This document shows positions 10,008 to 19,500 of a DNA stretch of 64,000 nt, one piece after another (positions within the stretch are counted from its first letter, which is position 1; every line of letters begins with the position of its first letter). Position numbers and translations under genes: made by a program. The stretch is taken from positions 37,295-101,294 of the forward strand of contig CACBJQ010000002.1 of NCBI GenBank assembly GCA_902539635.1, written 5' to 3'. The DNA is from an uncultured Alphaproteobacteria bacterium (GTDB lineage: Bacteria; Pseudomonadota; Alphaproteobacteria; HIMB59). A model generated the notes under the pieces. It searched no databases and was not told where the DNA came from. It worked only from the letters and a program-made list of their open reading frames with translations.

Positions 10008-10813
10008 AATTTATTTATAAGTATTTGATAAATTTTATTGTCTATTTCTATCTTTTTACCAGACCATATTTCGTATGATGGTTTTGCTTGTTCTAAAAGC
10101 ATTTTTAATCCACCTGAGAATTTTATGTCATGTTTTTTAGCTTTTTTTAAGAGATCTGTTTCAATTGGGTTATAAACTATATCAATTACTCCTTTAGCTT
10201 TCTTAACTAAATTCAAGATATTTCTATTTATTTTATTTTTTTTCGTCATCCCTGCACTGGATGCGTTTATTATCAAATCATATCTTTTTTTGAGATTAGA
10301 TGATCTGATCAGAAAACGATCAAATTTAAATTTTTTTTTGAGGCTTTCCTCTCTTCTTATAGATGTCGCAAAAATATCAATTTTTTCAATATTTTTTTGA
10401 TTTAAAAAATATAAAATTGCTCTCGCGGCTCCTCCTGCACCAACCAATAAAACAGATTTTGTGTTTCTAATTTTCAAAGAATTAAAAGTCTTACTAAAAC
10501 CAATAACATCTGTATTATCACCAAAAATTATTTTGTTTTTTTTATAAATTAAATTTACAGAGCCAATTTTTTTTGCTCTTGCGGTAATTTTATCGCAAAA
10601 ACCAATAAAATTTTCTTTGTATGGTATTGTAATATTAAAACCAACAAATCGTTTGTCTTTTCTATAATTATAAAAAAACTTATTTATATTTTTTTCATGT
10701 ACCTCGTATTTTCTATAAGTAAAATTATTATTTCTTGACCAATAATTATGTATGAATGGCGATAATGAATGATTTAGTTTTTTTGCTACAATGCCTATTT
10801 TTTTTTTATTCAT
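10004..10813 (-). CDS. aroE: Shikimate dehydrogenase
   Basis: HSLSPFIHN, NITIPYKE, NTD, GAGGAARA, DIVYNP, MLLEQA. Confidence 0.95.
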   Translation of the reverse strand: MNKKKIGIVAKKLNHSLSPFIHNYWSRNNNFTYRKYEVHEKNINKFFYNYRKDKRFVGFNITIPYKENFIGFCDKITARAKKIGSVNLIYKKNKIIFGDNTDVIGFSKTFNSLKIRNTKSVLLVGAGGAARAILYFLNQKNIEKIDIFATSIRREESLKKKFKFDRFLIRSSNLKKRYDLIINASSAGMTKKNKINRNILNLVKKAKGVIDIVYNPIETDLLKKAKKHDIKFSGGLKMLLEQAKPSYEIWSGKKIEIDNKIYQILINKL

Positions 10814-11407
10814 TTAGATGCTTTTTAATGTCTTTAAAAAATTAATAATATCTATACCAATAATATTGAAATAACTGCCGTATATATCTTTAAAAAAAAA
10901 ATTTCCTTTACCTTCTATATTATAACAACCTACGGCTTTGGATACTTGTTTAAAGTTCTTATTAACGTAATTATTTATATCTCTCACCCTTGTATTTTTA
11001 AAAGTAATGTTAGTTTTTGTAAGAGTACTTTTGATAAGATTATTATTAATCATAAAAATCATTGCTGTGTAAAGTTCGTGAGATTTATCATTAAATGCTT
11101 TAAGGGTTCTTTTACAACATTCAGGATTGCCACATTTATAAATTGTTTTTTTTTTAAATAGGATTGTTGTATCAAAAGTTACGATAATTTTATTACTATA
11201 TTTTTTAGAAAGATATTCGGCCTTAGCTTTTGCAATTTTTAGTGCATCATATTTATCATTATTTAAATCTTTTACTTTTTTTTCATTTATATTGGGTGAT
11301 CTGTACTTAAATCTAAAATTCATTAATTTAAATATTTTTCTTCTGGATTGGCTTTTAGTACCTATGATAACCTGTTTGATTAATTGTGGATTAAATGAGT
11401 TATTCAT
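10814..11407 (-). CDS. maf: Maf-like nucleoside triphosphate pyrophosphatase (divergent)
   Basis: SQSRR, INEK, AKAKA, FDT, GCYNIEG; conserved position next to oriC. Confidence 0.85.
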   Translation of the reverse strand: MNNSFNPQLIKQVIIGTKSQSRRKIFKLMNFRFKYRSPNINEKKVKDLNNDKYDALKIAKAKAEYLSKKYSNKIIVTFDTTILFKKKTIYKCGNPECCKRTLKAFNDKSHELYTAMIFMINNNLIKSTLTKTNITFKNTRVRDINNYVNKNFKQVSKAVGCYNIEGKGNFFFKDIYGSYFNIIGIDIINFLKTLKSI

Positions 11408-11641
11408 GAAATTTTCGAGTTTTTAACAATAAAATTATCTTTAATTTATTAATATTAAGTTATCAACATTTGTTATTAAATAACTAAAAAAGCACTTAAA
11501 TATAGGTTTTTTTGAATAAGAAGATGTTAATCCCCATTATTCGACATACAACAACATACCTATATATAAATATATATATTTTCTCTTTATTTTTTGTTAT
11601 ATACCTTATCAACGTATCTAACTATCTAGGTAATTTCCAAT
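11380..11641. other. Putative chromosomal replication origin (oriC)
   Basis: Largest intergenic gap in the window, between divergent maf and rho. DnaA-box-like 9-mers at 11385 (TGTGGATTA), 11420 (TTTTTAACA), 11460 (TTATCAACA), 11511 (TTTGAATAA), 11528 (TAATCCCCA) and 11606 (TTATCAACG); an ACAACAACA triplet run followed by a pure AT tract at 11561-11580. Confidence 0.75.
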
Positions 11642-12898
11642 ATGCATTTAAACGAACTAAAAGATAAAAAACCTCAAGAACTATTAGATTATGCTGAGTC
11701 TTTAGGGATTGAAAACGCCTCTGGTTTAAAAAAACAAGACATATATTTTTCTGTTCTAAAGAAATTTGCAGAGAAAAATGAAGAAATTATAGGTGAAGGC
11801 GTATTAGAAACAATGCAGGATGGATTTGGATTTTTAAGATCAGCAAACTCTAATTATCTTCCAGGACCAGATGATATATATGTTAGTCCAAATCAAATAA
11901 AGAAATATGGTCTAAGGAAAGGTGATACCCTTGAGGGACCTATCCGACCTCCCAAAGATGGTGAAAGATACTTTGCTCTTGTAGAAACAAACAAAGTCAA
12001 CTTCATTGAAATTGCTAAAAATAATAAATTCAAGACAAATTTTGATAATTTGACCCCTCTTTATCCTGAGAAGAAATTTAATCTAGAAACGGAAAAACCA
12101 GATACAGATTTATCATCCAGAATTATAGACATTATTGCACCAGTTGGTGCTGGTCAAAGATCTTTAATTGTTGCACCCCCAAGGTCAGGTAAAACAGTAA
12201 TTTTACAAAAAATTGCAAAATCAATTGCAGAAAATTTTCCTGATGTCTATCTAATGGTTCTATTAATAGACGAAAGACCGGAGGAAGTTACAGATATGCA
12301 ACGATCTGTTAAAGGTGAAGTTATTAGTTCAACATTTGATGAGCCAGCTGCAAGACATGTTCAAGTTGCAGAAATGGTTATTGAGAAAGCTAAAAGACTA
12401 GCTGAAAATAAATATGATGTAGTAATTCTTTTAGACTCTATCACAAGATTAGGTAGAGCATACAACACGGTTGTGCCATCAAGTGGTAAAGTTTTAACAG
12501 GTGGTGTAGATGCTAATGCATTACAAAGACCTAAAAGATTTTTTGGTGCAGCTAGAAATATAGAAGAAGGTGGTTCACTAACTATTATTGCTACTGCTTT
12601 AATAGAAACAGGTAGTAGAATGGATGAGGTCATCTTTGAAGAATTCAAAGGAACTGGTAATTCAGAAATTGTCCTCGATAGAAAATTATCTGATAAAAGA
12701 ACATATCCTGCAATAGATGTTCAAAAGTCAGGCACCAGAAAAGAAGATTTACTCTTAGATGCTGGAGATCTTCAAAAAGTCTTTATTTTAAGGAAAATTC
12801 TATCCTCTATGGGCACAGTTGATGCTATGGAGTTCCTTTTAGATAAAATGAAAGACTGTAAAACCAACGAAGAGTTTTTCAGCAGCATGAACCAATAA
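11642..12898 (+). CDS. rho: Transcription termination factor Rho
   Basis: [43 protein letters not shown]. Confidence 0.99.
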   Translation: MHLNELKDKKPQELLDYAESLGIENASGLKKQDIYFSVLKKFAEKNEEIIGEGVLETMQDGFGFLRSANSNYLPGPDDIYVSPNQIKKYGLRKGDTLEGPIRPPKDGERYFALVETNKVNFIEIAKNNKFKTNFDNLTPLYPEKKFNLETEKPDTDLSSRIIDIIAPVGAGQRSLIVAPPRSGKTVILQKIAKSIAENFPDVYLMVLLIDERPEEVTDMQRSVKGEVISSTFDEPAARHVQVAEMVIEKAKRLAENKYDVVILLDSITRLGRAYNTVVPSSGKVLTGGVDANALQRPKRFFGAARNIEEGGSLTIIATALIETGSRMDEVIFEEFKGTGNSEIVLDRKLSDKRTYPAIDVQKSGTRKEDLLLDAGDLQKVFILRKILSSMGTVDAMEFLLDKMKDCKTNEEFFSSMNQ

Positions 12899-12902
12899 CT
12901 AT

Positions 12903-14729
12903 CTATCTTATCCAGTTATTGAAATAATAATTTTTTTCCTCTTCAGTTAACACTAATAAATTATCTAATACATCTTTCCACTTATGTTCAATTTCAAAAA
13001 GAAAAGGAGATAAACTTGTCTGCTTTTCTTTTAGTCTATTGGCATCATCTTCCCAATGCCCAAGGAAACCATCATGATAGCTACAACGACTTTTACCATA
13101 TTTTTTTAAATCAGAATTACCCATGAAGCCATTATCATAAACAGTACCAACCCTATTACCTATAAACTTAAATTTTTCATAATATTCACTACACAGTGTA
13201 ATAAAAAATCTTTTATTATCTTTTTCAAATAGTCCGCTGTATAGGTAAAAATCGTTATTATTATCTATTAGTTTTGCCGCTATCAGGCTGGCATCAATTG
13301 AGCCAAAATAAACATTATCTTTTAAATACGTATAATCATCTAAACCAATGACAGGTATTATTTTATATTCTGTTATTTGATCGTTAGTATTACTATTTAA
13401 AACAAATTTACTGTCAGATATTAAATTAATTGGATTACCTTTTTCACCGTTAGGTATGTGTACAAATTTCATGCCCCCATCATTCCTTAAAATAGAACCA
13501 CCTATATGTTTATGTTTATATTCGAGGTGAGTTACTAGCAAAACGTCAGGATCTCCATCTTTATCAAAATCACTGAACAAGAAATTTTTTACAAAATTAT
13601 TCCATTCATTTCCTTCATGTTCCGGAACATAGTCTGCAGGCGCCTCTAATAAAACATGCAATTGTGAGTTAAATTTATTATTTCCTTGATTTTCTATTAT
13701 CTGCACAGCTACGCCTACATATAAATGACCAGCTCTCGACAAAGTAATATCTAAGTCACCGTCTTCATCTAAATCCCAAATTGATAACTCGGGTACAGTC
13801 GTCCACTTCTGTACCATTGGAAGTTTAATTCTCTTACTAAAATTACCCTTCCCGTCATTTAGAGCAATACCAGTATCAGTTGATGGTCCACCTTCATGAC
13901 CAGCGTGAATAAGATCAAGGTCACCATCTCCATCCATGTCACCTAGCTCTATTGCGAATGCATGTATATTTCCACAAACTTTATAATTCATAACGCCGTT
14001 TCCATCATTAATCCAACATGTAATTTGATTTTTTAGTTCTGTTAAAACTATGTCGATATCGCCATCGTTGTCGATATCCCCAACCGCACCCCCATGATCA
14101 AAAATCATATAACTTGATTTACTGAGGTGCGTATCTGAGCTTTCAATCCATGTTCCATCATCCTGGCTTAAAAAATAACTATCTCTGTTACCTTTGTGTG
14201 TGCCAACGCCATTATCGGCAATGAATAAGTCCAATACCCCATCATTATTAAAATCAGCAACTAGGTTTTGACCAGAAAGAGACTGTCCTGGTAAATCTCT
14301 ATTGTCGATAAATAAATGACTACTCAAAACATATTTTCCTTCATTATTCCCTAGAAACAATGTTGGTCCTGGCATTTCGCCCTTACATCTTTTCCCCCCA
14401 CAAGCTCCTCCAGTGTCTTCACCTGTAATTTCTATATTATTTGGCTTCATTGTGCCTGTGTACAAATAATCCAAATACCCATCTTTGTTAAAATCTTGTG
14501 CAGCCCATCTCCACCCAAACCAATACTTATCCCTAACAACATTTGGTGAAAAAGGAGGAAAATTTATATTAAATACTTCATTTTCTATTTGGTAGCCAGC
14601 TAAAGCTTCAAATTTCTTTTCAAAAATTGTATTGATTTGGCTTTTCTCATCTACTTGCTTACCATCTTTAAAAGTTAAAGATAATGTTAGATTGGGTATC
14701 AAAAAAAATAAGAAGAATAATATTCTCAT
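12903..14729 (-). CDS. Secreted FG-GAP/VCBS-repeat beta-propeller protein
   Basis: Signal peptide; six DxxxDGxxD motifs (DFNKDGYLD, DFNNDGVLD, DIDNDGDID, DMDGDGDLD, DLDEDGDLD, DFDKDGDPD). Confidence 0.85.
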   Translation of the reverse strand: MRILFFLFFLIPNLTLSLTFKDGKQVDEKSQINTIFEKKFEALAGYQIENEVFNINFPPFSPNVVRDKYWFGWRWAAQDFNKDGYLDYLYTGTMKPNNIEITGEDTGGACGGKRCKGEMPGPTLFLGNNEGKYVLSSHLFIDNRDLPGQSLSGQNLVADFNNDGVLDLFIADNGVGTHKGNRDSYFLSQDDGTWIESSDTHLSKSSYMIFDHGGAVGDIDNDGDIDIVLTELKNQITCWINDGNGVMNYKVCGNIHAFAIELGDMDGDGDLDLIHAGHEGGPSTDTGIALNDGKGNFSKRIKLPMVQKWTTVPELSIWDLDEDGDLDITLSRAGHLYVGVAVQIIENQGNNKFNSQLHVLLEAPADYVPEHEGNEWNNFVKNFLFSDFDKDGDPDVLLVTHLEYKHKHIGGSILRNDGGMKFVHIPNGEKGNPINLISDSKFVLNSNTNDQITEYKIIPVIGLDDYTYLKDNVYFGSIDASLIAAKLIDNNNDFYLYSGLFEKDNKRFFITLCSEYYEKFKFIGNRVGTVYDNGFMGNSDLKKYGKSRCSYHDGFLGHWEDDANRLKEKQTSLSPFLFEIEHKWKDVLDNLLVLTEEEKNYYFNNWIR

Positions 14730-14744
14730 CGATCTAATTATGGA

Positions 14745-15656
14745 CTAAAACCAATTTATTCCATTTTCTTCGCATAGGTTTTTTAACCTTAGAGGATAAT
14801 CAGTAATTATTCCATCAACGCCGTATTCAATCATTCTCAACATCTCATATTTTTCATTAACAGTCCAAACGTTTACAGGAAGACCTTCCTCATGAGAAAT
14901 TCTAACTATGTTTTTATCTATATCTTTACGTTTAGGATGCCATGCCACCCCACCTAATGTTTTGATAAGCCTGGGTAACTCTCTGCTATCGCTATCGTAT
15001 AAAGGCATGAAGTCTAACCAAGGCGATTTATCATAGATTTTTCCTTTGAGCTCAGATGTTAAATAAGCTCTTGAGATTTTGGAGTCTAAATTTTTTATTT
15101 CTCTTAAAATTCTCCAATCAAAAGACGAGTAGCTTATTTTATCTTTTAATTCTGTTTTATTAACCTCATCAATAATTAATCTTGCCATTACATTTGGAGA
15201 GGGTGTTAAATTGTCCTCAACAGGTGTTGATTTAATTTCTAAATTAATTATCAAATCATCTGAAATATAATTTGATGTTAATTTAAGTAAATCAGATAAC
15301 CTAGGGATATTTACTTCACCTAAACTTTTTTGATTATCAAATCTTCTCCCATATTTAGATTTTTTATCAATTGATCCAATTTTGAATTTTGATAACTGAT
15401 CAAAACTTAAATCGAAAATTTTAATATCATCATTCTCAATCCAATTACCTTTGCTATCTTTTGTGAGCGCCGGGTTTAATCTAAAATCGTGATAAACGAC
15501 AGGAATTAAGTCCTTGGTAAGCAAGATATCTGTTTCGTAAGCGCTAATTTTATTTTCAAACAAATACTTAAAACTTTCTAAAGTATTTTCTGGTAGTTCG
15601 CCCCTAGCCCCTCTATGACCATAAATTTTAATGTGATTTGGTTTTGTTAATATCAA
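14745..15656 (-). CDS. Glycerophosphodiester phosphodiesterase (GDPD family)
   Basis: GHRGARG, PENTLESF, ETD, HD, NLEIKS, SSFD, WTVN, GVDGIITDYP. Confidence 0.95.
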   Translation of the reverse strand: MILTKPNHIKIYGHRGARGELPENTLESFKYLFENKISAYETDILLTKDLIPVVYHDFRLNPALTKDSKGNWIENDDIKIFDLSFDQLSKFKIGSIDKKSKYGRRFDNQKSLGEVNIPRLSDLLKLTSNYISDDLIINLEIKSTPVEDNLTPSPNVMARLIIDEVNKTELKDKISYSSFDWRILREIKNLDSKISRAYLTSELKGKIYDKSPWLDFMPLYDSDSRELPRLIKTLGGVAWHPKRKDIDKNIVRISHEEGLPVNVWTVNEKYEMLRMIEYGVDGIITDYPLRLKNLCEENGINWF

Positions 15657-15718
15657 TTGATTATTTTTTTCTTTTCATAGGTGGACTAGAATAATTATAA
15701 ACTTATAATAACCAAGTT

Positions 15719-17044
15719 TTGTTTAATTCAGGAACAATATATTCAAACTTTACTCCTTTAGTGAAGGCCCCAGTTATTGGTTATAGAATTTCAGGAGGTG
15801 ATGTTTTGAATATCTTAAAGAAAATTACAAAAAAAAATTTTTCTAAAAATCACTCTTTAATCCGAATAGTTAAAATTTATCAAAAAGATAAGTCCATATT
15901 GGATGAGTGTAGTGTGGTATATTTTAAATCTCCCAAATCCTTTACCGGAGAGGATGTTTGTGAAATTTTTTTACACGGATCACCACTTATAGCTAGTCAA
16001 TTTGAGCAGTTATTAAAGGATCTAGAAGTTCCAGGCTTACGATTGGCAAAAAATGGAGAGTTCTCTTACAGGTCTGTTTTAAATAGCAAGAATTCTCTCA
16101 AACAAGCTAAGGCTATTAATGAAATAATTTCCAATGAAAGCTTTTCAGGCTTAGAATATAACAAAAAACTACTTTTTGAGGGAGATATTGTCAGCGGTCT
16201 TGTTCCTCTCAGGGAGGAAGTTATAAATTTATTCTCAGAAATTACTGCATCGATTGACTTCGTTGACGACGAGGACTTTAATTCTAATCAAATAAAAAAA
16301 AAGATAAGAAAATTTTTCACTAATTGTAATAATTTATTACATAAAAATAGAACAAATATAGAACAAAAAAATATATGTAGAATTATGTTGATAGGGCAAG
16401 TAAATGTTGGTAAATCAACTCTATTTAACAAAATTATTGATAAAGATAGAGCAATTGTCACAAATATAAAAGGTACTACAAGGGATCTTCTCTCAAATGA
16501 ATTTATAATTAACAGTAATCGGTTTGAAATCTTCGATACAGCAGGTCAAAGATCTAAACAAGGTAAAATAGAAAAATATGGCTATAAAAAAGCACAGAAA
16601 ATATCGAGTGAAATTGACCATTTTTTTGTTCTAATCGATCAAAATACTAAAAAATCAGATATATCAACACTTCTCAAGGATTTCATGATACATAAGAATT
16701 ACAGCTTAATTGAGACAAAATCTGACATATATAAATATAAAACAGATAATATCAAAATAAACCATAGTCTAGACAGGGATAAAATATACCAGAAATTAAA
16801 ATTATCTTCGATTCACCGAAAATATATAAAAAATAACGATAAAATGACCGATCTTAATCTGGAAGAAATCGACTTTTTGGCAAGAATCTTAGAATATGAA
16901 TATGAAATTTTTAAGGAAAATGATATTTTGATCATAGCCCAGCTCATTAGAAATATATTAGATGATTTTTCGTTTGAATTTGGTTATATTAACAACGAAG
17001 ATATTTATGATAGAGTTTTTAGTAAATTTTGCATAGGGAAGTAG
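15719..17044 (+). CDS. mnmE: tRNA modification GTPase (divergent)
   Basis: PKSFTGEDVCE, HG, GEFS, NVGKSTL, GTTRD, DTAG, C-terminal FSKFCIGK. Confidence 0.93.
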   Translation: MFNSGTIYSNFTPLVKAPVIGYRISGGDVLNILKKITKKNFSKNHSLIRIVKIYQKDKSILDECSVVYFKSPKSFTGEDVCEIFLHGSPLIASQFEQLLKDLEVPGLRLAKNGEFSYRSVLNSKNSLKQAKAINEIISNESFSGLEYNKKLLFEGDIVSGLVPLREEVINLFSEITASIDFVDDEDFNSNQIKKKIRKFFTNCNNLLHKNRTNIEQKNICRIMLIGQVNVGKSTLFNKIIDKDRAIVTNIKGTTRDLLSNEFIINSNRFEIFDTAGQRSKQGKIEKYGYKKAQKISSEIDHFFVLIDQNTKKSDISTLLKDFMIHKNYSLIETKSDIYKYKTDNIKINHSLDRDKIYQKLKLSSIHRKYIKNNDKMTDLNLEEIDFLARILEYEYEIFKENDILIIAQLIRNILDDFSFEFGYINNEDIYDRVFSKFCIGK

Positions 17045-17045
17045 A

Positions 17046-18902
17046 TTGTTTCACGTGGAACATTATGATGTTGTAGTTATTGGTGCCGGTCATGCCGGAA
17101 TAGAAGCTGCCAATGTTTCTGAGAAATATGGCCTTAAAACTGCACTTATAACTAAAAATTACTCAGATTTAGGCAAATTATCATGCAATCCTAGTATTGG
17201 AGGGGTTGGTAAGACACATATAGCTAGTGAAGTTGACATTCTAGGAGGTATAATTTGTAAAATTGGTGACAAATCAGCAATACATTACAGAGTATTAAAT
17301 CTTTCTAAAGGGCCAGCAGTATGGGGCGTAAGAGCTCAAATTGATAGAGATTTATACTCTCACAATATGAAAAAATTTATTAAATCTTCTAAAATTGACC
17401 TTATTGAAGATGAGGCTATTAATATATTAGAAAAAAATAACAAAATTTTAGGTGTTGAACTGTCTAATTATGGAAAAATAAAATCAAAGGTAGTTATTCT
17501 CACGACAGGAACCTTTCTAAATGGAAAGATTTATTTTGGTAATGAGTCGCAAGAAGCAGGAAGAATAGGAAATAGCTCTTCAAAAGTTCTTGCAAAGTTT
17601 ATTAACAAGAATTTCAAGACAATGAGGCTGAAAACAGGAACACCACCCAGAATATATGCTAAATCCATTAACTATGATGTTTTAGAACCTCAGTTATCTG
17701 AAAACAATGGTATTTTTTTATCATATTTTACAAAACAAAATACGAACAAAAAAATTAATTGTTTTATTACTAAGACTAATAATAAGACTCATAAAATAAT
17801 CAGAGACAACCTTGACAAATCTGCAATGTACTCAGGTATAATTAAATCTCAAGGTGTGAGGTACTGTCCTTCAATTGAAGATAAAATAACAAAGTTCGGC
17901 GATAGGAATGGCCATAATATTTTTTTAGAACCAGAGGGTTTAAATTCTGAACTTGTCTATCCAAATGGTATTTCAAATTCTTTAGATAAAAAAATCCAAT
18001 TAAAATTTCTAAGATCAATAAAAGGTTTAGAAAAATGTGAAGTAGATCAATTTGGATATGCAGTGGAGTATGACTCTGTTGACCCCAGAGAATTAAAAAA
18101 TAATTTTGAAACAAAAAAAATAGAAAATTTTTTTTTAGCAGGACAAATAAATGGAACTACAGGATATGAGGAAGCAGCAGGACAAGGTATTTATGCTGCT
18201 ATTCATGCTGCAATAAAAATAAAAAAAATAAAATTTAGTAAAGAAGTTTTTGAAAGAGATAACAGTTATATAGGGGTCTTGGTTGATGACCTAACAAAAC
18301 TAGGAGTTACAGAACCATATCGTATGTTCACATCTAGAGCAGAGAATAGGCTAAAGCTCAGAACAGATAATTCTTATGAACGATTTTCAAAAATTATTAA
18401 TCCTAAAACTTTTAATAAAATTGAGTATTCATTGATTTCAAAAAATATAAATGATGAAAGAAAGATTTTAGAAAAGTTAAATTTACTTAAATATTCACCT
18501 AATGATTTGATGAAAAAAAATATCAAAGTAAAAAAAGATGGTAAGGTAAGAAATGGATTTGAGGTTTTAAAATTCTTAGACCCCTCTCCAAAAAAATTCA
18601 AAAAATTTTTCAATCTCACTATAAACCAAAAATTATTAACTAAGTTATATTTTGACTCAAAGTATGATGTTTTTTACGAGAGAGAAAAAAAATCATTTGA
18701 TCAACTTAATAAAAATAAATATATGAAATTAACTAATATTGATTTCAATAAGATCCCTTCTTTGTCTAAAGAAATTCTTGAAAAATTGAATAAACATAAA
18801 CCTGAAAATTTATATGATGCTGGTAAAATTTCAGGTATAACACCTAGCGCACTCTTTCAAATAGTCAAACACAAAAAAGTCAAGGGAACTAAAGTTGCTT
18901 AA
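17046..18902 (+). CDS. mnmG: tRNA uridine 5-carboxymethylaminomethyl modification enzyme
   Basis: IGAGHAGIEAA, SCNPSIGG, SKGPAV, RLKTGTPPR, RYCPSIEDK, AGQINGTTGYEEAA. Confidence 0.99.
   Translation: MFHVEHYDVVVIGAGHAGIEAANVSEKYGLKTALITKNYSDLGKLSCNPSIGGVGKTHIASEVDILGGIICKIGDKSAIHYRVLNLSKGPAVWGVRAQIDRDLYSHNMKKFIKSSKIDLIEDEAINILEKNNKILGVELSNYGKIKSKVVILTTGTFLNGKIYFGNESQEAGRIGNSSSKVLAKFINKNFKTMRLKTGTPPRIYAKSINYDVLEPQLSENNGIFLSYFTKQNTNKKINCFITKTNNKTHKIIRDNLDKSAMYSGIIKSQGVRYCPSIEDKITKFGDRNGHNIFLEPEGLNSELVYPNGISNSLDKKIQLKFLRSIKGLEKCEVDQFGYAVEYDSVDPRELKNNFETKKIENFFLAGQINGTTGYEEAAGQGIYAAIHAAIKIKKIKFSKEVFERDNSYIGVLVDDLTKLGVTEPYRMFTSRAENRLKLRTDNSYERFSKIINPKTFNKIEYSLISKNINDERKILEKLNLLKYSPNDLMKKNIKVKKDGKVRNGFEVLKFLDPSPKKFKKFFNLTINQKLLTKLYFDSKYDVFYEREKKSFDQLNKNKYMKLTNIDFNKIPSLSKEILEKLNKHKPENLYDAGKISGITPSALFQIVKHKKVKGTKVA
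17047..17062. promoter_or_regulatory. parS centromere site
   Basis: TGTTTCACGTGGAACA, one mismatch from the TGTTTCACGTGAAACA consensus; ~2.4 kb upstream of parAB and ~5.5 kb from the putative oriC. Confidence 0.9.
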
Positions 18903-19500
18903 TAATAAGTTAGTAAAATTTTGTGACGATAACTTTGATGATGGAAAGTTAATTCTAACTAAACTTTATGAATATAAAAAAATATTAATTAAAGAAAATC
19001 AGAATATGAACTTAATAGGCAAAAGCACATTAATTGATTTAGACGAACGACACCTTCTAGATTGTATACAGATAGTTAAATATTTACCTCGGCATGAAAA
19101 GTCTGTAATGGATATTGGGACGGGTGCCGGATTACCGGGAATTATATTATCAATAATAGGCTTCAAAAACCTTCATTTAGTTGAAAAATCACCCAAAAAA
19201 TCCTTTTTTTTAGAAAATTGCAAATTACGATTAGGTCTAAACTATGTTGTACATAATAAATCCATTTCCGAAATTTCAAACCTTAAAGTCGATTGTATAA
19301 CAGCACGTGCTTTTGCTTCAATCGAAAAAATTATATTTATGACTAAAAAAATAATTAACAAACAAACAAAGTTAATACTTCTTAAAGGAAGGTCCTATTT
19401 AACAGAGCTTGAAAAAATTAATCCACAAAAGTATCTTTGGGAGACACACCCAAGTATTACTTCAAGTGAATCAAAAATAATAATCATAAGTGCAAAATGA
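18895..19500 (+). CDS. rsmG: 16S rRNA m7G527 methyltransferase
   Basis: NLIG, RHLLD, DIGTGAGLPG, TARAFA, LKG. Confidence 0.96.
   Translation: MLNNKLVKFCDDNFDDGKLILTKLYEYKKILIKENQNMNLIGKSTLIDLDERHLLDCIQIVKYLPRHEKSVMDIGTGAGLPGIILSIIGFKNLHLVEKSPKKSFFLENCKLRLGLNYVVHNKSISEISNLKVDCITARAFASIEKIIFMTKKIINKQTKLILLKGRSYLTELEKINPQKYLWETHPSITSSESKIIIISAK

Noticed and set aside
14741-15688. TGGACTA direct repeat flanking the GDPD gene as a target-site duplication
   Set aside because: Only 7 bp, with no transposase or terminal inverted repeats; chance cannot be excluded.
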